This document shows, piece by piece, positions 9,920 to 20,824 of a DNA stretch of 21,113 bases. Source of the DNA: Octopus sinensis (lineage: Eukaryota); contig NW_021824411.1 of NCBI RefSeq assembly GCF_006345805.1, positions 1 to 21,113 of the forward strand, written 5' to 3'. A program made the position numbers and the translations under genes. Under the pieces are notes generated by a model. It saw only the letters and a program-made list of their open reading frames with translations. It had not been told where the DNA came from and did not search any database. Within the stretch, counting starts at the first letter, position 1, and each line of letters begins with the position of its first letter.

Positions 9920-11165
9920 GGGGTGGGGAAGTAAAATTTACAATGAAAGTTAAGTTGCTTTTTCTCAGGAGGCACTAAGTCAATTGTTTTGAAACCTAGC
10001 ATATACTGATGTCATAATCATACCTAACACTATTATCCTTACCTTTTCAGAAACTTTTGCCCATATGAGTAATCAGGAAAGCAAAAGTCAAAGAATGTGT
10101 GATTTTCTGAATGCACTCGTCACACCAAAGGAGATTTCAAAACTAGTTAGAGTGTCCATAAAGACTATTTATAATGTAAAGAATAGAATGACTATGAGCA
10201 AAACTATTATGACGAAGTCTGGAAGTTGAGGGATGAACAAAAAACGTACCAAAGCTTTTATTAAAGCTCTCAAATCCAAAATCCTTAAGGATCCAACCAA
10301 ATCCATGAGAAAAATGGCAATTGAACTTGAGGTAGACAACAAGACCATTAGAAATGCTGTAAAATATGTTTTCAGGTTAAAATCTTACACAAGAACACCA
10401 AAACATTTATTGACAACAGCTATGAAGGAAAAGAGATTGGAGAGGTTCAAGAAAAAGTCCTCCATTGTAACAATCTTTTCAGATGAGAAGATCTTCACTG
10501 TCGATGCTGTTCTGAACTGCAGAAATGACAGATTTATCGCAAAATCAACTGCTGAGGTTAAGGGAACATTCAAAACAAAAGATCCTGCTGAAGTTATGGC
10601 TTTTGGTGTTGTGGCTTCCGATGGAAAGAAAATGCGCATAAAATTCTAGAAAGCTGATGAAAAGATCAATGTTAATACTTACTACAAGACTCGGAGATAC
10701 CAGGTATTGCCATGGTTTAAAGCAAACTACCCAGATGGTAATTATGTATGGACACAGGATGATGATCCAGCCCACACAGCTAGAAAAATACAAAATTTTT
10801 GCAAATCCAACTTTAGAAATTTTTTAGAATCATGCCCAGATCTAAACTCTCTGGATTATGCTATTTGGGGCGTTTTAGAACATGCTACCAATAGAACATC
10901 ACACAGCAATGTCGACTCTCTTAAAGATACTATTAAAGAAGAATGGGAGATTTGTCTCCCGAATATTTGAAGAACGCCTGTGCAAGTTTCAGGAAGCGTG
11001 TGAAGGCAGTTATTGAGAAAGAAGGAGGACACATAGAATAAAAACATTTTCTAATATGTAAATTTTCTTTTGGCAAATAAATTCTCATAACTTTCAATAA
11101 ACAAATTGGTCATACACTGTCTTTCAATCCCTTCCTCAAAATATTGTAAATTTTGCTTCCCCACC

Positions 11166-11168
<3 letters not shown>
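9919..11168 (+). mobile_element. Complete Tc1/mariner DNA transposon, probably DD37D (maT) type, 1250 bp, non-functional
   Basis: 26-bp TIRs: CGGGGTGGGGAAGTAAAATTTACAAT (9919-9944) and ATTGTAAATTTTGCTTCCCCACCCTG (11143-11168), 2 mismatches. TA on both sides (9917-9918, 11169-11170) within (TA)n. Internal transposase remnant. Confidence 0.95.
10065..11041 (+). pseudogene. Transposase pseudogene (N-terminal HTH region plus DDD catalytic domain)
   Basis: ATG 10065 (MSNQESKSQRMCDFLNALVTPKEISKLV...). Motifs TIFSDEKIF (D 10482), VMAFGVVASDG, WTQDDDPAH (D 10758) and CPDLNSLDYAIWG (D 10854). In-frame stops TGA 10227 and TAG 10647; a 1-nt deletion near 10950 shifts to LSPEYLKNACASFRKRVKAVIEKEGGHIE*. 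D2-D3 spacing is 31, consistent with DD37D minus 6 codons (inference). Confidence 0.92.
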
Positions 11169-11207
<39 letters not shown>

Positions 11208-11226
11208 TATATATATTATATATATA

Positions 11227-11614
11227 TCTTTATATATAAAATTTGTGTGTCTGTCTCCTACGATTAGATTCCTAACTACTCCCACATTTTGCGGTGCAGT
11301 TTAACAAAAACCGGGTATCTTATAGTCGTGATTCATATCGAGCCCTTCTGGGTATTAGCGCGCGTCTATGATGAGTCTACGATTTTAAAAAAATTACCAT
11401 CATTTTTTTCCATTTTAATGCATTTTTTCGCTATTATATAAGGGAAGTAACTTTCTAAAAATGTCTACGATGAGTCAATGATTTAAAAAAAGATTTACCA
11501 TCATTTTGTTTCATTTTTAATGCATTTTTTGCTATTTTTTGGCTATAACTCTCTAAAAATGCTTATATAGTTATTTCCCTTACAAACCCGAGCAACGCCG
11601 GGCGATACTGCTAG
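11227..11614 (+). mobile_element. Non-autonomous Helitron (388 bp)
   Basis: 5' TC(TTTATATATAAAA) preceded by A. 3' hairpin CCCGAGCAACGCCGGG (11587-11602), an 8-nt spacer, then CTAG (11611-11614) followed by T. Internal diverged duplication 11365-11433 / 11463-11536. No TSD, as expected for a Helitron. Confidence 0.8.
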
Positions 11615-11911
11615 TATATATATATAAAGGCAAGCACATGTACAATAGGTGTGTGTGTATGTTGCATATTTGTCGAGCGGTTGCGTTTCTGAGACGTAGG
11701 AGAATGTAGTCTCAATGCCCTAGGTGTAAAATCACCCGAAAGCAGACGATGGCAAAGTGAGACAACTCACATCAAATCCTTTGTTTTGGGGTGCGACAGA
11801 CATTGTTTGCTCATTATTTTAACTTGTCAATACAACGTACCAAAGAGAGTCTAGTTTTCAACCCGTGACCATAGGATTGTAAGCTGCAATCCGCTTTACA
11901 ATAACATGCAT

Positions 11912-12554
11912 GGATGGAAGCACTCCGTCGGTTACGACGACGAGGGTTCCGGTTGATCCGAATCAACGAAACAGCCTGCTCGTGAAATTAACGTGTAAGT
12001 GGCTGAGCACTCCACAGACACGTGTACCCTTAACGTAGTTCTCGGGGTTATTCAGCGTGACACAGAGAGTGACAAGGCCGGCCCTTGAAATACAGGTACA
12101 ACAGAAACAGGAAGTAAGAGTGAGAGAAAGTTGTGGTGAAAGAGTACAGCAGGGATCACCACAATCCCCTGCAGGAGCACTCCATCGGTTACGATGACGA
12201 GGGTTCCGGTTGATCCGATCAGCGGAACAGCCTACTCGTGAAATTAACGTGTAAGTGGCTGAGCACTCCACAGACACGCGTACCCTTAACGTAGTTCTCG
12301 GGGATATTCCGCGTGACACAGAGAGTGCCAAGGCCGGCCCTTTGAAATACAGGTAGAACAGAAACAGAAAGTAAGAGTGAGAGAAAGTTGTGGTGAAAAG
12401 TACAGCAGGGATCACCACCATCCCCTGCCGGAGCCTCGTGGAGCTTTAGGTGTTTTCGCTCAATAAACACTCACAACGCCCGGTCTGGGAATCGAAACCG
12501 CGATCCTATGACCGCGAGTTCGCTGCCCTAACCACTGGGCCATTGCACCTCCAC
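11912..12554 (-). mobile_element. tRNA-derived SINE (copy C) with tandemly duplicated ~265-bp body and 15-bp TSD
   Basis: Head GTGGAGGTGCAATGGCCCAGTGGTTAG...GGTTTCGATTCCC. The body occurs twice (about 11917-12178 and 12174-12436). TSD TACAATAACATGCAT 11897-11911 vs TATAATAACATGCAT 12555-12569. Confidence 0.92.
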
Positions 12555-12764
12555 TATAATAACATGCATAACCTATATAGCAAAACACTAACACATTTGC
12601 AGAAAGGTGCACTAGAATTTGCTAGCTCATGCAGAGCCTTACGGTAACGAGGTCATACACTCTCCCTTTGCATTTTTATTAATGTTAAATGATAACTCCG
12701 GTGAAATTTGCCTCCATTAAATGTCTTTAAGTTTATCGCTTTAATACTATTACTGAGTTTAAGT

Positions 12765-12813
12765 TTCCGATCTTTTCTCGATCTTTTCCGATCTTTACCG
12801 ATCTTTTCCCGAT
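12765..12813. repeat. 10-11 bp tandem repeat (CCGATCTTTT-like), 4-5 copies
   Basis: TTCCGATCTTTTCTCGATCTTTTCCGATCTTTACCGATCTTTTCCCGATA. Confidence 0.85.
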
Positions 12814-12908
12814 AAAATTTCTTCGCACTTTATCCATATCCTTATCGTTGCCAACCTCCACTTCCCCCTTCTCCTTCTCCTCCTCACCCCCTCCTCCTCT
12901 ACCTCCTT

Positions 12909-13099
12909 TCCATCATCATCGTCGTCGTTGTCGTGTTCATCATCATGATTATCATCACATCATCATCATCATCATCGTTACCATCATCATCATCATCACA
13001 ATCATCATCACCATCATCATCACCATCATCATCATCACCATCATTATCATCACCATCATCATCATCACTATCATTAGCATCCTCCTCCTCTTCCTCATC

Positions 13100-13131
<32 letters not shown>

Positions 13132-13264
13132 CATTATCATCATCATCATTATCATCACCATCATTATCATCAACCTCATCATCTTCATCATCATCACCAT
13201 CATCATTATCATCATCATCATCATTATCATCATCGTCATCACCACCATCATCATCACCACCAAT

Positions 13265-13295
<31 letters not shown>

Positions 13296-13388
13296 CCATC
13301 ATCATCACCATCATCATCATCATCATCATCGTCGTCATCATCATCATCATCATTATCATCATCATCATCATCACCGTCATCATCACCG

Positions 13389-13421
<33 letters not shown>

Positions 13422-13610
13422 CCGTCATCATTACCATTATTATCATCATCATCATCATCATCACCACCATCATCATCATCATCATCATCATCATGATGCT
13501 CATCATCATTTTCATCGTGATTAACATTGCCATCAACATCATCATCATGATCATCATCATGATCATCATCATCAACATCATCCTCATTCGTTATCATTGT
13601 CGTTACTATT
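12909..13610. repeat. Long imperfect (CAT)n microsatellite
   Basis: CAT with CAC/CGT/TAT variants; source of the poly-I/S/D/M ORFs. Confidence 0.95.
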
Positions 13611-13624
13611 ATTTGTGCTATCAT

Positions 13625-13628
13625 AAAT

Positions 13629-13686
<58 letters not shown>

Positions 13687-13691
13687 TATTA

Positions 13692-13728
<37 letters not shown>

Positions 13729-13818
13729 TATTATTATTATTATTATTATCATCATTATTATTATATTATTATCATCATCATTATTATTATTATTATTATT
13801 ATCATCATTATTATTATA

Positions 13819-13850
<32 letters not shown>

Positions 13851-13861
13851 TATTATTATTA

Positions 13862-13913
<52 letters not shown>

Positions 13914-14020
13914 GATTACTATTACTATCATTATTATTATTGTTACTATTATTATTGTTATTGTTGTTGTTCTTGTTATTATTATTATCATCATCATTAG
14001 CATCGTCATCATCATCATTC
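13625..14020. repeat. Long imperfect (ATT)n microsatellite
   Basis: Direct reading. Confidence 0.95.
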
Positions 14021-14304
14021 TTATTTGTATCAGCTGTATGTGTAGTGTGTATGATGCTTATTATTCTGATTTGCTTTGGTGCCAGAATAAAATGTTTGGA
14101 CATCTTTATCGGGCATTCACTTCGATTAATCGAATTAGAATTTGGAAAGAAATTAAATGAAAATTCTTTCTAATAAAATCTATACATTTCATTCTTTTTT
14201 ATACCAATATTTGTATATATTCCTTGTCATCGTTCTTAGAGTTAGTAGTTCTTTTATCCGTCGCTACGCTGCCAGTAAAGGTATTTGTTAATCATTCCTA
14301 ATAT

Positions 14305-14459
14305 GCGCAGGTGTGGCTGTTTGATGAGAAGATTGTTTCCCAATCACGTGATTCTGGATTCAGTTAATGTGTGGCACCTTGGGCAGGTGTCTTCTACTTA
14401 GCCTCGGCCAACCAAAGGCTTGTGAGTGCATTGTTAGACGGAAACTGAAAGAATTTCGT

Positions 14460-14461
<2 letters not shown>
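14305..14461 (+). mobile_element. 5' half of a SINE of the second family, followed by (AT)n
   Basis: GCGCAGGTGTGGCTG head; CCTTGGGCAGGTGTCTTCTACT...GGCCAACCAAAG...GACGGAAACTGAAAGAA matches the reverse complement of 20655-20731 and the fragment at 20217-20273. Confidence 0.8.
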
Positions 14462-14507
<46 letters not shown>

Positions 14508-14947
14508 ATATAATATTATATATACATACATTACATATATATATTTCATGTTGGATTGGTTTGCAAGATTCTTTATATGAGTTCGTGTGTTGAAGCATAA
14601 TCTCTTGTGTCTGGGGAGCGTCACTCTCTTTTAGTGCCTTATTATTTACACTCACCTTATTATTTCCACTTATTTCCTTCTTTATTATTCTAAAATTTTC
14701 GTTGCGTCTTGCAAGAAGCAACGAAAATTTTAGTGAAATAAGTGAAAATTTTACCCGTGAGTGTGTTAAGTAATAAGGCACTGAAAAAGAATGACTCACA
14801 CACGCAGGAAGATATACAGAGGCACACTCACAAACGCGCACACATAATCAAACACACACGCCCGCACACACACACCATCTCCACCTCTATCACCCGAAGT
14901 GTATTTCTCAATTTCACTGCATTTCTCTCACAACAAAACCAAACAGT

Positions 14948-15569
14948 AATAATAAATCTTAGAGCGAGTTATAAACAGTAGCTCCAACACATCGTGACGT
15001 ATATTTGCCATTTAAATATGGCTAATCCCTAAGGGTGGATGCTACTGTAGCATGTAGCCCCAGGAGGACACCTCCTCCAGCTGGCTTCTGTGCCCTATCA
15101 GTATTTGCAAAGGGAAGCCATCCTTCCCGTCTTCAACCTATGTTACATACGGACTCGAGTTTCTGGGTATTGACCCATCATCAGCGTATGACAATCATGG
15201 CTGTCGATGAAAAGTAGGCCTTCCTCTGCAAATATACATCCTTTTTCCAGTGATGTAAAGACACTGATATCGAAAAAGTGTAAACGAGCAATAATAAATC
15301 TTTGAGCGAGGTATAAACAGTAGCTGCACACATCGTGACGTATATTTTCCATTTAAATATGGCTAACCCCTAAGGCTGGATGCTACTGTAGTTGTACCCC
15401 AGGAGGACACCTCCTCCAGCTGGCTTTAGACACACCTCTCGTTCAAATACTGATAGGGCAACAGAAAGTGTGTCAAAGCCAGCTGGAGGAGGTGTCCTCC
15501 TGGGGCTACAAACTACAGTAGCATCCACCCTTAGTAGTTAGCCATATTTAAATGGCAAATATACGTCAC
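14948..15569. repeat. Unclassified repeat in three copies: two direct (from 14948 and 15290) and one inverted (ending 15569)
   Basis: Shared arm GTGACGTATATTT(G/T)CCATTTAAATATGGCTAA...GGATGCTACTGTAG...CCCCAGGAGGACACCTCCTCCAGCTGGC. 15335-15435 and 15468-15569 form an ~100-bp inverted repeat around a 32-nt loop. Confidence 0.92.
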
Positions 15570-15666
15570 AAAAGCAAACTGTGTTTTCTCGAAACGTATT
15601 TTAATCCTTTCATTTACACACACACAACACACTCACATACACACAACACACAACACACGTTCAGAA

Positions 15667-15701
<35 letters not shown>

Positions 15702-15968
15702 CTATATATCTCCCCCTCTGTCACTGAAATTCTATCTCAACAACCTGTCATTATACCGAAATTCTTTTTTTAAATCATGTGTTGCGTTGTGTCTATGTTG
15801 AAGGACATAAAGAAACACAGACTCAGATACACGTTCACACACACACACACTGAAAAACAACCAAAAGGAAATAACGATCTATATTATTATATAATGAATG
15901 TCATTTTGGAAGCTGTGTTGCGTTATGTTCACAGACTTGCACTTACTGTTGCTAGGTTTTCAATCAAA

Positions 15969-16241
15969 TAAAATAAAGATTAAAAAAAATAAATGCGCCC
16001 TTTTAGAGCCTAGCCAGGCTCATGGGCCCGGTTTCCTGGTTTCTGTGGTGTATGTGTTCCCCAGCTGGACGGGACGCCAATCCATCGCAGCGTTACTCAT
16101 CTTTGCCAGCTGAGTGGACTGGAGCAACGTGAAATGAAGTGTTTTGCTCAAGAACACAACGCGTCGCCCGGTCCTGGAATCGAAACCACAATCTTACGAT
16201 CATGATGCTGACACCTTAACCACTAAGCCACGGGCCTTCAC
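15969..16241 (-). mobile_element. Full-length tRNA-derived SINE (copy E) with T-rich tail and probable 12-bp TSD
   Basis: Head GTGAAGGCCCGTGGCTTAGTGGTTAAG...GGTTTCGATTCC. The 3' module GCGATGGATTGGCGTCCCGTCCAG...GAAACCAGGAAACCGGGCCCATGAGCC is shared with copy A. Flanks TTTTCAATCAAA 15957-15968 / TTTTGAATCAAA 16242-16253. Confidence 0.88.
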
Positions 16242-16281
16242 TTTTGAATCAAAACTTGTTAGTAAATAAGGTAGCAACATT

Positions 16282-16420
16282 ACCTACCTACCTACCTACC
16301 TACCTACCTACCTACCTACATACACACATACATACATACATACATACATACATACATACATACCTACCTATCGTAGACACACAAACACACCACGTCACCA
16401 TCTCTCTCTCTCTCTCTCTC
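16282..16420. repeat. Compound (CCTA)n/(CATA)n/(CT)n microsatellite
   Basis: Direct reading. Confidence 0.9.
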
Positions 16421-16667
16421 TCATTGTATTTTTCTTACAACTGTATTTTCTCCTCCTCCTCCCCTTCTTCTAAATATATCTTGTGACATATACTTTGATT
16501 TCTCTCCTTTCACACTCTCTAATAACGGTTGTGACGGTCACACACAGATCCGCTTAACACCACCACCATCAACACCAATATCAACACCATCTGCACTACC
16601 ACAACCACCATCACCACTACCATCATCATCATCACCGTCATTATCAATGTCATCGTTGTTATTCTTG

Positions 16668-16693
16668 TAATAATAATAATAATAATAATAAAA

Positions 16694-16748
<55 letters not shown>

Positions 16749-16822
16749 TAATAATAATAATAATAATAATTATAAAAATTTAATAATAATAATAATAATA
16801 AAATAATAATAATAATAATAAT
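16668..16822. repeat. (TAA)n microsatellite, possibly an expanded retroposon tail
   Basis: Direct reading; abuts the island at 16823. Confidence 0.9.
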
Positions 16823-17177
16823 GCCCTGATGCAGTGCCAGGCAGTGGCACTCGTGGCTTCTGATCTTAACTGATTGGAAGTGTTATCATGTACGTTGTTT
16901 TGTCTTAGTATAAATATTCTGTTCAATACAACAGGTTTGCTTGTCAGTTGCTTGACTATAACCAGTTGAGCATGTCCCTTAGTGGCTGACGATATGTGCA
17001 TCTCTGACAACGAGCAGAAGTAGTGGGGTAGCATCTTAGCCATGTGTTAAGAGGAATTCTTTGGGATTTGAATAATTCATCTTTGGAAACATGGGTGGTT
17101 CATTCGACATCCTTAATCCTTATTCAAGGACTATTTGAATGGAATGGGCTACTGGACCACAAGAAAATTTTAACTGG
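16823..17177 (-). mobile_element. Probable interspersed repeat (5'-truncated retroposon with a (TTA)n tail on the minus strand)
   Basis: Non-repetitive island directly joined to a long (TAA)n tract. It resembles a repeat I recall from octopus DNA; there is no second copy in this window, so this is unverified. Confidence 0.45.
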
Positions 17178-17640
17178 TGATGTTGACGATGACGATGGAA
17201 ATGATGATGAGGATGATGACAATGACGACCACGACGAACGATGATGTTGATGATGATTGTGATGGTGATAATAATGGTGATGACGACGTTGAGAATGATG
17301 ATGAGGAGCAGGATGACGACGACGACGACAATGATGTTGATGGAGATGATGATGAAGATGATGATGAGGATGAGGAAAACGTCAAGGATGACAACGACGA
17401 CGACAATGATGTTGGTGGAGATGATGATGAGGATGCGGAAGACGACAACGATGACAATGAAGACGACGACGATAATGTTGATGATGATAAAGGTGATGAT
17501 GAAGATGGTGATGATGATGATGATGATGAAGATAATGGTGATGACGATGATGACAAAGACGGTGATGACAACGACGACGATGACAGCAATTACGGTGACT
17601 ATCACGATCATGATGGAGTTGATGATTTATCATGATTAGG
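17177..17640. repeat. Imperfect (GAT)n microsatellite
   Basis: Direct reading. Confidence 0.95.
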
Positions 17641-17679
17641 TAATCGTGACGATCTTTGACCTCAGTATGATGGTGATGC

Positions 17680-17830
17680 TTATATATGTGTATATATATA
17701 CATATATATACACATATGCACATACAATATACATATATGTATATGCATATACACATACATACATATACCTACATATATATACATATATACATACATATTC
17801 TATATGTATATATATATATATATATATATC

Positions 17831-17865
<35 letters not shown>

Positions 17866-17872
17866 TATATAT
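17680..17872. repeat. (AT)n/(ATAC)n microsatellite
   Basis: Direct reading. Confidence 0.9.
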
Positions 17873-18029
17873 CGTGTCCTATGGAATGTAACGTCATAAT
17901 GTTAAGAAAGGTACTGATGAGAATTGGTTGGAGTAGCGGTGGCAGTTGCATGGATGATGAATATGAACGTCAAGGAAAAGGTGGAAGTTTTGGTAAATGA
18001 ACGAAAATGGATTGCGTGGAAGAGAGTAA

Positions 18030-18110
18030 CATTGGCAATGATGATGATGGTGATGATGATAGTGGTGGTGCTGGTGATGGTGTCGGTGGTTGTGGTGATG
18101 ATGATGAAGA

Positions 18111-18144
<34 letters not shown>

Positions 18145-18606
18145 GGTGGTGGTGGTGATGGTGGAGGTGCTGGCGGTGGTTGTGGTGATGATGATGGTGG
18201 TGATGGTGGTGGTGGTGGTGGTGGTGGTGTCGGTGGTTGTGGTGATGATGATGAGGATGATGATGATGGTAGTGGTGGTGGTGGTGATGGTGGAGGTGCT
18301 GGCGGTGGTTGTGGTGATGATGATGATAACGGTGATGATGATGATGATGATGTTGTTGGTGGTGGTGATGGTGTTGGCGGTGGTTGTGGTGATGAGGATG
18401 ATGATGGTGATGTTGATGATGGTGATGATGATAATGATGATGGTGGTAGTGGTGGTGGTGGTGGTGGCTGTGGTGATGATGATGTTGATGATGTTGATAT
18501 TGATGATGATGTTTATGACAATGTTAATCGTGATGAAGTTGATGCTGAGCATAATGATGATGATAATGATGATGATGATGATTATGATTATGATGACGAC
18601 GATGAA

Positions 18607-18647
<41 letters not shown>

Positions 18648-19120
18648 CGATGACGACGATGAAGATAGTGCTGATGATGTCGTTGGTAGATTTGGGCGTT
18701 GTTGTTCTACTGGCATTGGTGATGATGAGGACGATACGGAAGGGGATTAGTGATAATATAAAAGACGGTGATGACAAAAAATCTATGGCGATAATTATTT
18801 GTGGTAAAAAGGGTAGTATTGCATATGAAGCGGATGAAGAGGGCGGAACTTGAGATGATGAGGACAGCGATGATGATGATGATGCCGATGAAGATGAAGA
18901 TGCCACCGATGAAAATGATGATAATCATGAAGATGTTGAGACTCGTGATAATTAGTACGATGCTGTTAATGACGGTGATGGTGATTATCATCACGGTTAT
19001 GACTATGATGAAGATAATTGTGGTGATGATGATGATGATGATGATGATGACGATGGCGTGGATGATGATCATCATCATCATGACGACGTCGATGATGCTG
19101 ATGCTGATGATGATTGATGC
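18030..19120. repeat. Compound (GAT)n/(GGT)n low-complexity array with a recurring anchor motif
   Basis: GGTGG(T/C)TGTGGTGATGA recurs six times between about 18085 and 18480. Confidence 0.9.
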
Positions 19121-19244
19121 AGTCTATAGCTATTACTTACTAATTAAGTGCCCTCAAGAAATAAGAAAAGCCAATTTAATTCTTGTCAAATAATTTGCTA
19201 ATCATTAAAATAAATAATGAATGTCAGCCAGCGAGAAAAAATTC

Positions 19245-19314
19245 ATTGTTATTATTATTATTATTATTATCATTATTATCATTATTATCATTATTATTAT
19301 TATTATTATTATTA

Positions 19315-19372
<58 letters not shown>

Positions 19373-19503
19373 ATCATCATAATCATTATCATCTCCTCCA
19401 CCTGCACCTCATCATCTTCTTTGCTGCTCTATTGTTGCTTGTATTGTTAACCCTCTTTCGACAGCGTCACCACCATTACGATTATTATTATTGTTGTTGT
19501 TGC

Positions 19504-19560
<57 letters not shown>

Positions 19561-19602
19561 AATTATTATTATTGTTTTTCTCCTTCTTCTTCTTTTCTTC
19601 TT

Positions 19603-19665
<63 letters not shown>

Positions 19666-19738
19666 TGTTATCCCTATTGTTAATCGTAGTAGTTGCAGAA
19701 GAAATAAAAGGTGTAATAGTAGCACTCCCCATCGTAGT

Positions 19739-19792
<54 letters not shown>

Positions 19793-19940
19793 CTACTACT
19801 ACTGCTGCTGCTGCTGCTGGCGCCGCAGCTCCTGATCCTTTTTCTAACAGTTATTTTAACAGTTCTATTTTCAATAATAGCAGCAGCAGAAGCAGCAGTC
19901 CATATTATTATTATAATTATTATTATTATTATTATTAGTA

Positions 19941-19980
<40 letters not shown>
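19245..19980. repeat. Chain of trinucleotide microsatellites: (ATT)n, (CTT)n, (CAT)n, (CTA)n, (CTG)n, (TAG)n
   Basis: Direct reading. Confidence 0.92.
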
Positions 19981-20216
19981 TATTTAGAAGTGTATATGTG
20001 TTGTTGTTGTTTTTGTTATTGTTTTCGGATTCATGATATTGCTAGATGTTCCTAAGCAAAACTCAAAATGGTGATCATCTTGGCAAGTCAAGCATGAGCC
20101 AGATATTAATAAATTCGACAAATTATTGAAGAAATAACTCATTACTATCCTCAGAAATCTTTTTAATATTTGCGGATTTTTGCAACATAAATGAAATCAT
20201 TTCTTATTCTTTGTAG

Positions 20217-20273
20217 CCACGTGATTCCGGGTTCAGTCCGACTTCATGGCAACTGACACAAGCGTTTTCTACT
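20217..20273 (+). mobile_element. Internal fragment of the second SINE family (B-box region)
   Basis: CACGTGATTCCGGGTTCAGT...TGGCAAC...TTCTACT aligns with 14344-14399. Confidence 0.6.
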
Positions 20274-20394
20274 GTACATGCTCGCTGGCCGGGTAGGAAC
20301 CTGTTGTGTGTGTGTGTGTGTGTGTGTATGTTGTGTGTGTGTGTGTGTGTGTGCATGTGTGTGAGTGTGTGTATGTGTGTGTGTATATTTTTTT

Positions 20395-20731
20395 GTTTTT
20401 TAGTTTCGGTTATTTGACTGCGGGCTTGCTGGAGCACAGTCCTTATTCGATCCTAGGGCTTAGAATTTTCAAGCCTAGTGCTTATTATATCGGCTTTATT
20501 GCCGAACTGCTAAGTTAAGGGGAGGTAAACAGACTAGCATCAGTTGTCAAACGATGCTGGACACACAGATAGACAAACGTACGTACATATACATATGCAT
20601 ACATATATATACACACACATATATATATATATTATATATATATATATATACATAGGACAGGCTTCTTTCCGTTTCCGTGTACCAAATCTACTCGGGCTTT
20701 GGTCGGCCCCAGCTATAGTAGAAGCCCAAGG
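20395..20731 (-). mobile_element. SINE of the second family: 5' body, internal (AT/AC)n microsatellite and 3' tail; head missing
   Basis: 20655-20731 matches the reverse complement of 14377-14461; 20403-20492 matches 4680-4778; a microsatellite at 20563-20654 lies between them. Confidence 0.8.
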
Positions 20732-20767
20732 TATATATATATATATATATAGATATATATATATAGG

Positions 20768-20820
<53 letters not shown>

Positions 20821-20824
20821 TTGT

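Noticed and set aside
12765-12813. Illumina adapter remnant (TTCCGATCT)
   Set aside because: Only 9 nt are shared and the flanks do not match; it is better explained as a short tandem repeat.
12909-19120. (CAT)n and downstream (GAT)n arrays as a giant inverted repeat
   Set aside because: They are complementary only as simple repeats with no shared unique variants noticed; this is expected by chance at this microsatellite density.
12848-19725. Long poly-I/S/D/M/V/T/L ORFs
   Set aside because: Default open frames of trinucleotide microsatellites on both strands.
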